From assembly GCA_964016885.1 (NCBI GenBank), contig OZ024742.1, forward strand, positions 165,106,001 through 165,170,000: a DNA stretch of 64,000 nucleotides. The letters run 5' to 3'. Under the pieces are notes generated by a model. The model worked only from the letters and a program-made list of their open reading frames with translations. It did not search any database and was not told where the DNA came from. The stretch comes from Eledone cirrhosa. Its lineage: Eukaryota. How positions within the stretch are numbered: position 1 is the stretch's first letter; the number at the start of each line of letters is the position of its first letter. Both the position numbers and the translations under genes were made by a program. This document shows positions 12,238 to 26,345 of this stretch, piece after piece.

Positions 12238-15200
12238 AAATTATTTCCCCCTGATTTTTTTACAAATTATCTCCCCCCTGATTTTTTTTACAATCTCCGC
12301 CTGATTTTTTTAAAAATTATCTTCCCTTGGCTGGCGGGAAATTATCTCCCCTTGGACGGCTGGAAATTATATCCCCTTGGAAGGATGGAAATTATCTCCC
12401 CTTGGACGGCTGGAAATTATCTCCCCTTGGACGGCTGGAAATTATCTCCCCTTGGACAGCTGGAAATTATCTGCCCTTGATTTTGTTTTTACAAATTATC
12501 TCCCCCTGATTTTTTTTACAAATTATCTCCACCTGATTTTTAAAAAAATTATCTCCCCTTGGACGGCTGGAAATTATCTCCCCTTGATTTTTTTACAAAT
12601 TATCTCCCCTTGATTTTTTTTACAAATTATCTCCCCCTGATTTTTTTTTACAAATTATCTCCCCCTGATTTTTTTACAAATTATCTCCCCCTGATTTTTT
12701 TTACAAATTATCTCCGCCTGATTTTTTTAAATATTATCTTCCCTTGGCTGGCGGGAAATTATCTCCCCTTGGACGGCTGAAAATTATCTCCCCTTGGACG
12801 GCTGGAAATTATCTCCCGTTGATTTTTTTTACAAATTATCTCCCCCTGATTTTTTTTTACAAATTATCTCCCCCTGATTTTTTTTTACAAATTATCTCCC
12901 CCTGATTTTTTTTTACAAATTATCTCACCCTGATTTTTTTTACAAATTATCTCCCTCTGATTTTTTTACAAATTATCTCCCCTTGGCTGGCTGGAAATTA
13001 TCTCCCCTTGGAGGCTGGAATTTATCTCCCCTTGGACGGCTAGAAATTACCTCTCCTTGGACGGCTGGAAAATATGTCTCCTTGGACGGCTGGATATTAT
13101 CTACCCTTGGACGGCTGGAAATTATCTCCCCTTGGACGGCTGGAAATTATCTCCCCTTGGACGGCTAGATATTACCTCCCCTTGGACGGCTGGAAATTAT
13201 CTCCCCTTGATTTTTTTACAAATTATCTCCCCCTGATTTTTTTACAAATTATCTCCCCCTGATTTTTTTTACAAATTATCTCCGCCTAATTTTTTTAAAT
13301 ATTATCTTCCCTTGGCTGGCGGGAAATTATCTCCCCTTGGACGGCTGAAAATTATCTCCCCTTGGACGGCTGGAAATTATCTCCCCTTGATTTTTTTTAC
13401 AAATTATCTCCCCCTGATTTTTTTTTACAAATTATCTCCCCCTGATTTTTTTTACAAATTATCTCCCCCTGATTTTTTTTTACAAATTATTTCCCCCTGA
13501 TTTTTTTACAAATTATCTCCCCCCTGATTTTTTTTACAATCTCCGCCTGATTTTTTTAAAAATTATCTTCCCTTGGCTGGCGGGAAATTATCTCCCCTTG
13601 GACGGCTGGAAATTATATCCCCTTGGAAGGATGGAAATTATCTCCCCTTGGACGGCTGGAAATTATCTCCCCTTGGACGGCTGGAAATTATCTCCCCTTG
13701 GACAGCTGGAAATTATCTGCCCTTGATTTTGTTTTTACAAATTATCTCCCCCTGATTTTTTTTACAAATTATCTCCCCCTGATTTTTTTTTACAAATTAT
13801 TTCCCCCTGATTTTTTTACAAATTATCTCCCCCCTGATTTTTTTTACAATCTCCGCCTGATTTTTTTAAAAATTATCTTCCCTTGGCTGGCGGGAAATTA
13901 TCTCCCCTTGGACGGCTGGAAATTATATCCCCTTGGAAGGATGGAAATTATCTCCCCTTGGACGGCTGGAAATTATCTCCCCTTGGACGGCTGGAAATTA
14001 TCTCCCCTTGGACAGCTGGAAATTATCTGCCCTTGATTTTGTTTTTACAAATTATCTCCCCCTGATTTTTTTTACAAATTATCTCCACCTGATTTTTAAA
14101 AAAATTATCTCCCCTTGGACGGCTGGAAATTATCTCCCCTTGATTTTTTTACAAATTATCTCCCCTTGATTTTTTTTACAAATTATCTCCCCCTGATTTT
14201 TTTTTACAAATTATCTCCCCCTGATTTTTTTACAAATTATCTCCCCCTGATTTTTTTTACAAATTATCTCCGCCTGATTTTTTTAAATATTATCTTCCCT
14301 TGGCTGGCGGGAAATTATCTCCCCTTGGACGGCTGAAAATTATCTCCCCTTGGACGGCTGGAAATTATCTCCCCTTGATTTTTTTTACAAATTATCTCCC
14401 CCTGATTTTTTTTTACAAATTATCTCCCCCTGATTTTTTTTTACAAATTATCTCCCCCTGATTTTTTTTTACAAATTATCTCACCCTGATTTTTTTTACA
14501 AATTATCTCCCTCTGATTTTTTTACAAATTATCTCCCCTTGGCTGGCTGGAAATTATCTCCCCTTGGAGGCTGGAATTTATCTCCCCTTGGACGGCTAGA
14601 AATTACCTCTCCTTGGACGGCTGGAAAATATGTCTCCTTGGACGGCTGGATATTATCTACCCTTGGACGGCTGGAAATTATCTCCCCTTGGACGGCTGGA
14701 AATTATCTCCCCTTGGACGGCTAGATATTACCTCCCCTTGGACGGCTGGAAATTATCTCCCCTTGATTTTTTTACAAATTATCTCCCCCTGATTTTTTTA
14801 CAAATTATCTCCCCCTGATTTTTTTTACAAATTATCTCCGCCTAATTTTTTTAAATATTATCTTCCCTTGGCTGGCGGGAAATTATCTCCCCTTGGACGG
14901 CTGAAAATTATCTCCCCTTGGACGGCTGGAAATTATCTCCCCTTGATTTTTTTTACAAATTATCTCCCCCTGATTTTTTTTTACAAATTATCTCCCCCTG
15001 ATTTTTTTTACAAATTATCTCCCCCTGATTTTTTTTTACAAATTATTTCCCCCTGATTTTTTTACAAATTATCTCCCCCCTGATTTTTTTTACAATCTCC
15101 GCCTGATTTTTTTAAAAATTATCTTCCCTTGGCTGGCGGGAAATTATCTCCCCTTGGACGGCTGGAAATTATATCCCCTTGGAAGGATGGAAATTATCTC

Positions 15201-16270
15201 CCCTTGGACGGCTGGAAATTATCTCCCCTTGGACGGCTGGAAATTATCTCCCCTTGGACAGCTGGAAATTATCTGCCCTTGATTTTGTTTTTACAAATTA
15301 TCTCCCCCTGATTTTTTTTACAAATTATCTCCACCTGATTTTAAAAAAAATTATCTCCCCTTGGACGGCTGGAAATTATCTCCCCTTGATTTTTTTACAA
15401 ATTATCTCCCCTTGATTTTTTTTACAAATTATCTCCCCCTGATTTTTTTTTACAAATTATCTCCCCCTGATTTTTTTACAAATTATCTCCCCCTGATTTT
15501 TTTTACAAATTATCTCCGCCTGATTTTTTTAAATATTATCTTCCCTTGGCTGGCGGGAAATTATCTCCCCTTGGACGGCTGAAAATTATCTCCCCTTGGA
15601 CGGCTGGAAATTATCTCCCCTTGATTTTTTTTACAAATTATCTCCCCCTGATTTTTTTTTACAAATTATCTCCCCCTGATTTTTTTTTACAAATTATCTC
15701 CCCCTGATTTTTTTTTACAAATTATCTCACCCTGATTTTTTTTACAAATTATCTCCCTCTGATTTTTTTACAAATTATCTCCCCTTGGCTGGCTGGAAAT
15801 TATCTCCCCTTGGAGGCTGGAATTTATCTCCCCTTGGACGGCTAGAAATTACCTCTCCTTGGACGGCTGGAAAATATGTCTCCTTGGACGGCTGGATATT
15901 ATCTACCCTTGGACGGCTGGAAATTATCTCCCCTTGGACGGCTGGAAATTATCTCCCCTTGGACGGCTAGATATTACCTCCCCTTGGACGGCTGGAAATT
16001 ATCTCCCCTTGATTTTTTTACAAATTATCTCCCCCTGATTTTTTTACAAATTATCTCCCCCTGATTTTTTTTACAAATTATCTCCGCCTAATTTTTTTAA
16101 ATATTATCTTCCCTTGGCTGGCGGGAAATTATCTCCCCTTGGACGGCTGAAAATTATCTCCCCTTGGACGGCTGGAAATTATCTCCCCTTGATTTTTTTT
16201 ACAAATTATCTCCCCCTGATTTTTTTTTACAAATTATCTCCCCCTGATTTTTTTTACAAATTATCTCCCC
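12238..16270 (+). repeat. Three near-identical tandem copies of a 1,246-bp higher-order unit, with a 310-bp partial copy between copies 1 and 2
   Basis: Marker AAATTATTTCCCC at 12238, 13484, 13794, 15040. ORF offsets 12327>13573 (1246), 13573>13883 (310), 13883>15129 and 14539>15785 (1246). Confidence 0.9.
12327..12476 (+). repeat. Example of 6-monomer A cassette (K6): GCTGGCGGG / ..TATATCCCC / GAAGGATGG / ../ ../ GACAGCTGG
   Basis: 150 bp, preceded by the truncated B unit TACAATCTCCGCC and followed by CTG(C/T)CCTTGATTTTGTTTTT. Marked by the 60-aa 'PWKDGNY' ORF at 3591, 5225, 13573, 13883, 15129, 22685, 31615, 35114, 35582 and elsewhere. Confidence 0.92.
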
Positions 16271-19200
16271 CTGATTTTTTTACAAATTATCTCCCCTTGG
16301 CTGGCTGGAAATTATCTCCCCTTGGAGACTGGAATTTATCTCCCCTTGGACGGCTAGAAATTACCTCTCCTTGGACGGCTGGAAAATATGTCCTTGGACG
16401 GCTGGATATTATCTACCCTTGGACGGCTGGAAATTATCTCCCCTTGGACGGCTGGAAATTATCTCCCCTTGGACGGCTAGATATTACCTCCCCTTGGACG
16501 GCTGGAAATTATCTCCCCTTGAATTTTTTTACAAATTATCTCCCCCTGATTTTTTTTTACAAATTATCTCCCCCTGATTTTTTTTTACAAATTATCTACC
16601 CCTGATTTTTTTTTACAAATTATCTCCCCCTGATTTTTTTTACAAATTATCTCCCCCTGATTTTTTTTTACAAATTATCTCCCCCTGATTTTTTTTTACA
16701 AATTATCTACCCCTGATTTTTTTTACAAATTATCTCCCCCTGATTTTTTTTACAAATTATCTCCCCCTGATTTTTTTTACAAATTATCTCCGCCTAATTT
16801 TTTTAAATATTATCTTCCCTTGGCTGGCGGGAAATTATCTCCCCTTGGACGGCTGAAAATTATCTCTCCTTGGACGGCTGGAAATTATCTCCCCTTGATT
16901 TTTTTTACAAATTATCTCCCCCTGATTATTTTTTACAAATTATCTCCCCCTGATTTTTTTTTACAAATTATCTCCCCCTGATTTTTTTTACAAATTATCT
17001 CCCCCTGATTTTTTTACAAATTATCTCCCCTTGGCTGGCTGGAAATTATCTCCCCTTGGAGGCTGGAATTTATCTCCCCTTGGACGGTTAGAAATTACCT
17101 CTCCTTGGACGGCTGGAAAATATGTCTCCTTGGACGGCTGGAAATTATCGCCCCTTGGACGGCTGGAAATTATCTCCCCTTGGACGGCTGGAAATTATCT
17201 CTCCTCGGACGGCTAGAAATTACCTCTCTTTGGACAGCTGAAAATTATCTCCCCTTGGACGGCTGGAAATTATCTCCCCTTGATTTTTTTTACAAATTAT
17301 CTCCCCCTGATTTTTTTTACAAATTATCTCCCCCTGATTTTTTTTTACAAATTATCTCCCCCTGATTTTTTTTTACAAATTATCTCCCCCTGATTTTTTT
17401 ACAAATTATCTCCCCTTGGCTGGCTGGAAATTATCTCCCCTTGGAGGCTGGAATTTATCTCCCCTTGGACGGCTAGAAATTACCTCTCCTTGGACGGCTG
17501 GAAAATATGTCTCCTTGGACGGCTGGATATTATCTACCCTTGGACGGGTGGAAATTATCTCCCCTTGGACGGCTGGAAATTATCTCCCCTTGGACGGCTA
17601 GATATTACCTCCCCTTGGACGGCTGGAAATTATCTCCCCTTGATTTTTTTACAAATTATCTCCCCCTGATTTTTTTACAAATTATCTCCCCCTGATTTTT
17701 TTTACAAATTATCTCCGCCTAATTTTTTTAAATATTATCTTCCCTTGGCTGGCGGGAAATTATCTCCCCTTGGACGGCTGAAAATTATCTCCCCTTGGAC
17801 GGCTGGAAATTATCTCCCCTTGATTTTTTTTACAAATTATCTCCCCCTGATTTTTTTTTACAAATTATCTCCCCCTGATTTTTTTTACAAATTATCTCCC
17901 CCTGATTTTTTTACAAATTATCTCCCCTTGGCTGGCTGGAAATTATCTCTCCTTGGAGGCTGGAATTTATCTCCCCTTGGACGGCTAGAAATTACCTCTC
18001 CTTGGACGGCTGGAAAATATGTCCTTGGACGGCTGGATATTATCTACCCTTGGACGGCTGGAAATTATCTCCCCTTGGACGGCTGGAAATTATCTCCCCT
18101 TGGACGGCTAGATATTACCTCCCCTTGGACGGCTGGAAATTATCTCCCCTTGATTTTTTTTACAAATTATCTCCCCCTGATTTTTTTTTACAAATTATCT
18201 CCCCCTGATTTTTTTTTACAAATTATCTACCCCTGATTTTTTTTTACAAATTATCTCCCCCTGATTTTTTTTACAAATTATCTCCCCCTGATTTTTTTTT
18301 ACAAATTATCTCCCCCTGATTTTTTTTTACAAATTATCTACCCCTGATTTTTTTTACAAATTATCTCCCCCTGATTTTTTTTACAAATTATCTCCCCCTG
18401 ATTTTGTTTACAAATTATCTCCCCCTGATTTTTTTACAAATTATCTCCCCCTGATTTTTTTTACAAATTATCTCCGCCTAATTTTTTTAAATATTATCTT
18501 CCCTTGGCTGGCGGGAAATTATCTCCCCTTGGACGGCTGAAAATTATCTCTCCTTGGACGGCTGGAAATTATCTCCCCTTCATTTTTTTTACAAATTATC
18601 TCCCCCTGATTATTTTTTACAAATTATCTCCCCCTGATTTTTTTTTACAAATTATCTCCCCCTGATTTTTTTTACAAATTATCTCCCCCTGATTTTTTTA
18701 CAAATTATCTCCCCTTGGCTGGCTGGAAATTATCTCCCCTTGGAGGCTGGAATTTATCTCCCCTTGGACGGTTAGAAATTACCTCTCCTTGGACGGCTGG
18801 AAAATATGTCTCCTTGGACGGCTGGAAATTATCGCCCCTTGGACGGCTGGAAATTATCTCCCCTTGGACGGCTGGAAATTATCTCCCCTTGATTTTTTTT
18901 ACAAATTATCTCCCCCTGATTTTTTTTTACAAATTATCTCCCCCTGATTTTTTTTTACAAATTATCTCCCCCTGATTTTTTTTTACAAATTATCTCCCCC
19001 TGATTTTTTTTACAAATTATCTCCGCCTAATTTTTTTAAATATTATCTTCCCTTGGCTGGCGGGAAATTATCTCCCCTTGGACGGCTGAAAATTATCTCC
19101 CCTTGGACGGCTGGAAATTATCTCCCCTTGATTTTTTTTACAAATTATCTCCCCCTGATTTTTTTTTACAAATTATCTCCCCCTGATTTTTTTTACAAAT

Positions 19201-21940
19201 TATCTCCCCCTGATTTTTTTACAAATTATCTCCCCTTGGCTGGCTGGAAATTATCTCCCCTTGGAGACTGGAATTTATCTCCCCTTGGACGGCTAGAAAT
19301 TACCTCTCCTTGGACGGCTGGAAAATATGTCCTTGGACGGCTGGATATTATCTACCCTTGGACGGCTGGAAATTATCTCCCCTTGGACGGCTGGAAATTA
19401 TCTCCCCTTGGACGGCTAGATATTACCTCCCCTTGGACGGCTGGAAATTATCTCCCCTTGAATTTTTTTACAAATTATCTCCCCCTGATTTTTTTTTACA
19501 AATTATCTCCCCCTGATTTTTTTTTACAAATTATCTACCCCTGATTTTTTTTTACAAATTATCTCCCCCTGATTTTTTTTACAAATTATCTCCCCCTGAT
19601 TTTTTTTTACAAATTATCTCCCCCTGATTTTTTTTTACAAATTATCTACCCCTGATTTTTTTTACAAATTATCTCCCCCTGATTTTTTTTACAAATTATC
19701 TCCCCCTGATTTTTTTTACAAATTATCTCCGCCTAATTTTTTTAAATATTATCTTCCCTTGGCTGGCGGGAAATTATCTCCCCTTGGACGGCTGAAAATT
19801 ATCTCTCCTTGGACGGCTGGAAATTATCTCCCCTTGATTTTTTTTACAAATTATCTCCCCCTGATTATTTTTTACAAATTATCTCCCCCTGATTTTTTTT
19901 TACAAATTATCTCCCCCTGATTTTTTTTACAAATTATCTCCCCCTGATTTTTTTACAAATTATCTCCCCTTGGCTGGCTGGAAATTATCTCCCCTTGGAG
20001 GCTGGAATTTATCTCCCCTTGGACGGTTAGAAATTACCTCTCCTTGGACGGCTGGAAAATATGTCTCCTTGGACGGCTGGAAATTATCGCCCCTTGGACG
20101 GCTGGAAATTATCTCCCCTTGGACGGCTGGAAATTATCTCTCCTCGGACGGCTAGAAATTACCTCTCTTTGGACAGCTGAAAATTATCTCCCCTTGGACG
20201 GCTGGAAATTATCTCCCCTTGATTTTTTTTACAAATTATCTCCCCCTGATTTTTTTTACAAATTATCTCCCCCTGATTTTTTTTTACAAATTATCTCCCC
20301 CTGATTTTTTTTTACAAATTATCTCCCCCTGATTTTTTTACAAATTATCTCCCCTTGGCTGGCTGGAAATTATCTCCCCTTGGAGGCTGGAATTTATCTC
20401 CCCTTGGACGGCTAGAAATTACCTCTCCTTGGACGGCTGGAAAATATGTCTCCTTGGACGGCTGGATATTATCTACCCTTGGACGGGTGGAAATTATCTC
20501 CCCTTGGACGGCTGGAAATTATCTCCCCTTGGACGGCTAGATATTACCTCCCCTTGGACGGCTGGAAATTATCTCCCCTTGATTTTTTTACAAATTATCT
20601 CCCCCTGATTTTTTTACAAATTATCTCCCCCTGATTTTTTTTACAAATTATCTCCGCCTAATTTTTTTAAATATTATCTTCCCTTGGCTGGCGGGAAATT
20701 ATCTCCCCTTGGACGGCTGAAAATTATCTCCCCTTGGACGGCTGGAAATTATCTCCCCTTGATTTTTTTTACAAATTATCTCCCCCTGATTTTTTTTTAC
20801 AAATTATCTCCCCCTGATTTTTTTTACAAATTATCTCCCCCTGATTTTTTTACAAATTATCTCCCCTTGGCTGGCTGGAAATTATCTCCCCTTGGAGGCT
20901 GGAATTTATCTCCCCTTGGACGGCTAGAAATTACCTCTCCTTGGACGGCTGGAAAATATGTCCTTGGACGGCTGGATATTATCTACCCTTGGACGGCTGG
21001 AAATTATCTCCCCTTGGACGGCTGGAAATTATCTCCCCTTGGACGGCTAGATATTACCTCCCCTTGGACGGCTGGAAATTATCTCCCCTTGATTTTTTTT
21101 ACAAATTATCTCCCCCTGATTTTTTTTTACAAATTATCTCCCCCTGATTTTTTTTTACAAATTATCTACCCCTCATTTTTTTTTACAAATTATCTCCCCC
21201 TGATTTTTTTTACAAATTATCTCCCCCTGATTTTTTTTTACAAATTATCTCCCCCTGATTTTTTTTACAAATTATCTACCCCTGATTTTTTTTACAAATT
21301 ATCTCCCCCTGATTTTTTTTACAAATTATCTCCCCCTGATTTTGTTTACAAATTATCTCCCCCTGATTTTTTTACAAATTATCTCCCCCTGATTTTTTTT
21401 ACAAATTATCTCCGCCTAATTTTTTTAAATATTATCTTCCCTTGGCTGGCGGGAAATTATCTCCCCTTGGACGGCTGAAAATTATCTCTCCTTGGACGGC
21501 TGGAAATTATCTCCCCTTCATTTTTTTTACAAATTATCTCCCCCTGATTATTTTTTACAAATTATCTCCCCCTGATTTTTTTTTACAAATTATCTCCCCC
21601 TGATTTTTTTTACAAATTATCTCCCCCTGATTTTTTTACAAATTATCTCCCCTTGGCTGGCTGGAAATTATCTCCCCTTGGAGGCTGGAATTTATCTCCC
21701 CTTGGACGGTTAGAAATTACCTCTCCTTGGACGGCTGGAAAATATGTCTCCTTGGACGGCTGGAAATTATCGCCCCTTGGACGGCTGGAAATTATCTCCC
21801 CTTGGACGGCTGGAAATTATCTCCCCTTGATTTTTTTTACAAATTATCTCCCCCTGATTTTTTTTTACAAATTATCTCCCCCTGATTTTTTTTTACAAAT
21901 TATCTCCCCCTGATTTTTTTTTACAAATTATCTCCCCCTG
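16050..21940 (+). repeat. Tandem duplication of a 2,939-bp higher-order unit
   Basis: ORFs 16114/16371/17031/17416/17745/18002 recur at +2939, and 18715 at +2938. Variants TTGGAGACTGG (16322, 19261) and TTGAATTTTTTT (16519, 19458) were seen only in these two copies. Confidence 0.93.
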
Positions 21941-24900
21941 ATATTTTTACAAATTATCTCCCCCTGATTTTTTTACAAATTATCTCCCCTTGGCTGGCTG
22001 GAAATTATCTCCCCTTGGAGGCTGGAATTTATCTCCCCTTAGACGGCTAGAAATTACCTCGCCTTGGACGGCTGGCAAATATGTCTCCTTGGACGGCTGG
22101 AAATTATCTCCCCTTGGACGGCTGGAAATTATCTCCCCTTGGACGGCTGGAAATTATCTCCCCTTGGACGGCTAGATATTACCTCCCCTTGGACGGCTGG
22201 AAATTATCTCCCCTTGGACGGCTAGATATTACCTCCCCTTGGACGGCTGGAAATTATCTCCCCTTGATTTTTTTTACAAATTATCTCCCCCTGATTTTTT
22301 TTTACAAATTATCTCCCCCTGATTTTTTTTTACGAATTATCTCCCCCCGATTTTTTTTTACAAATTATCTCCGCCTGATTTTTTTAAAAAAATTATCTCC
22401 CCTTGAACGGCTGGAAATTATCTCCCCTTGGACGGCTGGAAATTATCTCCCCTTGGACGGCTAGAAATTACCTCTCCTTGGACGGCTGAAAATTATCTCC
22501 CCTTGGACGGCTGCAAATTATCTCCCCTTGATTTTTTAACAAATTATCTCCCCCTGATTTTTTTTTACAAATTACCTCCCCCTGATTTTTTTTTACAAAT
22601 TATCTCCCCCTGATTTTTTTACAAATTATCTCCCCCTGATTTTTTTTACAATCTCCGCCTGATTTTTTTAAAAATTATCTTCCCTTGGCTGGCGGGAAAT
22701 TATCTCCCCTTGGACGGCTGGAAATTATATCCCCTTGGAAGGATGGAAATTATCTCCCCTTGGACGGCTGGAAATTATCTCCCCTTGGACGGCTGGAAAT
22801 TATCTCCCCTTGGACAGCTGGAAATTATCTGCCCTTGATTTTGTATTTACAAATTATCTCCCCCTGATTTTTTTTACAAATTATCTCCACCTGATTTTTT
22901 AAAAAATTATCTCCCCTTGGACGGCTGGAAATTATCTCCCCTTGATTTTTTTACAAATTATCTCCCCCTGATTTTTTTTACAAATTATCTCCCCCTGATT
23001 TTTTGTTACAAATTATCTCCCCCTGATTTTTTTACAAATTATCTCCCCCTGATTTTTTTTACAAATTATCTCCGCCTGATTTTTTTAAATATTATCTTCC
23101 CTTGGCTGGCGGGAAATTATCTCCCCTTGGACGGCTGAAAATTATCTCCCCTTGGACGGCTGGAAATTATCTCCCCTTGATTTTTTTACAAATTATCTCC
23201 CCCTGATTTTTTTTTACAAATTATCTCCCCCTGATTTTTTTTACAAATTATCTCCCCCTGATTTTTTTTTACAAATTATCTCCCCCTGATTTTTTTTTAC
23301 AAATTATCTCCCCCTGATTTTTTTACAAATTATCTCCCCTTGGCTGGCTGGAAATTATCTCCCCTTGGAGGCTGGAATTTATCTCCCCTTGGACGGCTAG
23401 AAATTACCTCTCCTTGGACGGCTGGAAAATATGTCTCCTTGGACGGCTGGATATTATCTACCCTTGGACGGCTGGAAATTATCTCCCCTTGGACGGCTGG
23501 AAATTATCTCCCCTTGGACGGCTAGATATTACCTCCCCTTGGACGGCTGGAAATTATCTCCCCTTGATTTTTTTTACAAATTATCTCCCCCTGATTTTTT
23601 TTTACGAATTATCTCCCCCTGATTTTTTTTTACAAATTATCTCCGCCTGATTTTTTTTTAAAATTATCTCCCCTTGAACGGCTGGAAATTATCTCCCCTT
23701 GGACGGCTGGAAATTATCTCCCCTTGGACGGCTAGAAATTACCTCTCCTTGGACGGCTGAAAATTATCTCCCCTTGGACGGCTGCAAATTATCTCCCCTT
23801 GATTTTTTTAACAAATTATCTCCCCCTGATTTTTTTTTACAAATTATCTCCCCCTGATTTTTTTTTACAAATTATCTACGCCTAATTTTTTTTACAAATT
23901 ATCTCCCCCTGATTTTTTTTACAAATTATCTCCCCCTGATTTTTTTTACAAATTATCTCCCCCTGATTTTTTTTTACAAATTATCCCCCTGATTTTTTTA
24001 CAAATTATCTCCCCCCTGATTTTTTTTACAATCTCCGCCTGATTTTTTTAAAAATTATCTTCCCTTGGCTGGCAGGAAATTATCTCCCCTTGGACGGCTG
24101 AAAATTATCTCCCCTTGGACGGCTGGAAATTATCTCCCCTTGATTTTTTTTACAAATTATCTCCCCCTGATTTTTTTTTACAAATTATCTCCCCCTGATT
24201 TTTTTTACAAATTATCTCCCCCTGATTTTTTTTTACAAATTATCTGCCCCTGATTTTTTTTACAAATTATCTCCCCCTGATTTTTTTACAAATTATCTCC
24301 CCTTGGCTGGCTGGAAATTATCTCCCCTTGGAGGCTGGAATTTATCTCCCCTTGGACGGCTAGAAATTACCTCTCCTTGGACGGCTGGAAAATATTTCTC
24401 CTTGGACGGCTGGATATTATCTACCCTTGGACGGGTGGAAATTATCTCCCCTTGGACGGCTGGAAATTATCTCCCCTTGGACGGCTAGATATTACCTCCC
24501 CTTGGACGGCTGGAAATTATCTCCCCTTGATTTTTTTTACAAATTATCTCCCCCTGATTTTTTTTACAAATTATCTCCACCTGATTTTTTTACAAATTAT
24601 CTCCCCCTGATTTTTTTTACAAATTATCTCCCCCTGATTTTTTTTTTACAAATTATCTCCCCCTGATTTTTTTACAAATTATCTCCCCCTGATTTTTTTT
24701 ACAAATTATCTCCGCCTGATTTTTTTAAATATTATCTTCCCTTGGCTGGCGGGAAATTATCTCCCCTTGGACGGCTGAAAATTATCTCCCCTTGGACGGC
24801 TGGAAATTATCTCCCCTTGATTTTTTTTACAAATTATCTCCCCCTGATTATTTTTTACAAATTATCTTTCCCTGATTTTTTTTTACAAATTATCTCCCCC

Positions 24901-25929
24901 TGATTTTTTATACAAATTATCTCCCCCTGATTTTTTTACAAATTATCTCCCCTTGGCTGGCTGGAAATTATCTCCCCTTGGAGGCTGGAATTTATCTCCC
25001 CTTGGACGGCTGGAAATTATCTCTCCTTGGACGGCTAGTAATTACCTCTCCTTGGACGGCTGGAAAATATGTCTCGTTGGAGGGCTGGAAATTATCTCCC
25101 CTTGGACGGCTGGAAATTATCTCCCCTTGGACGGCTGGAAATTATCTCTCCTTGGACGGCTAGAAATTACCTCTCCTTGGACGGCTGAAAATTATCTCCC
25201 CTTGGACGGCTAGATATTACCTCCCCTTGGACGGCTGGAAATTATCTCCCCTTGATTTTTTTTACAAATTATCTCCCCCTGATTTTTTTTACAAATTATC
25301 TCCACCTGATTTTTTTACAAATTATCTCCCCCTGATTTTTTTTACAAATTATCTCCGCCTAATTTTTTTAAATATTATCTTCCCTTGGCTGGCGGGAAAT
25401 TATCTCCCCTTGGACGGCTGAAAATTATCTCCCCTTGGACGGCTGGAAATTATCTCCCCTTGATTTTTTTTACAAATTATCTCCCCCTGATTTTTTTTTA
25501 CAAATTATCTCCCCCTGATTTTTTTTTACAAATTATCTCCCCCTGATTTTTTTTTACAAATTATCTCCCCCTGATTTTTTTTACAAATTATCTCCACTTG
25601 GCTGGCTGGAAATTATCTCCCCTTGGAGGCTGGAATTTATCTCCCCTTGGACGGCTAGAAATTACCTCTCCTTGGACGGCTGGAAAATATGTCCTTGGAC
25701 GGCTGGATATTATCTACCCTTGGACGGCTGGAAATTATCTCCCCTTGGACGGCTGGAAATTATCTCCCCTTGGAGGCTGGAATTTATCTCCCCTTGGACG
25801 GCTAGAAATTACCTCTCCTTGGACGGCTGGAAAATATGTCCTTGGACGGCTGGATATTACCTCCCCTTGGACGGCTGGAAATTATCTCCCCTTGATTTTT
25901 TTTACAAATTATCTCCCCCTGATTTTTTT

Positions 25930-26345
25930 TACAAATCTAATGATTTTTTAAAAAAAATTATCTCCCCTTCGCTGGCTGGAAATTATCTCCCCTTCGCTGG
26001 CTGGAAATTATCTCCCCTTGGACGCTGGAAATTATAGCCCCTTGGAGGGCTGGAAATTATCTTCCCTTGGACGGCTGGAAATTATCTCCCCTTGGCTCGA
26101 AATTATCTCCCCTTGGACGGCTAGAAATTATCTCTCTTTGGACGGCTGGAAATTATCTCCCTTTGATTTTTTTACAAATTATCTCCCCCTGATTTTTTTT
26201 ACAAATCTCCCCCTGATTTTTTAAAAAAAATTATCTCCCCTTCGCTGGCTGGAAATTATCTCCCCTTGGACACTGGAAATTATAGCCCCTTGGAGGGCTG
26301 GAAATTATCTTCCCTTGGACGGCTGGAAATTATCTCTGCTTGATT
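25930..26345 (+). repeat. Island of diverged or truncated monomers
   Basis: Contains units not seen elsewhere: ACAAATCTAATGATTTTTTAAAAAAAA, TTCGCTGGCTGG (x3), GGACGCTGG, TTGGCTCGAAA, CTCTCTTTGGACGG, CCCTTTGATT. Confidence 0.85.

Noticed and set aside
20684-21478. Longest ORF (264 aa)
   Set aside because: It is the 163-aa ORF of the sister copy (17745) extended by a chance TGA>TCA change at ~21173-21175 and favourable T-tract lengths. It is pure satellite translation.
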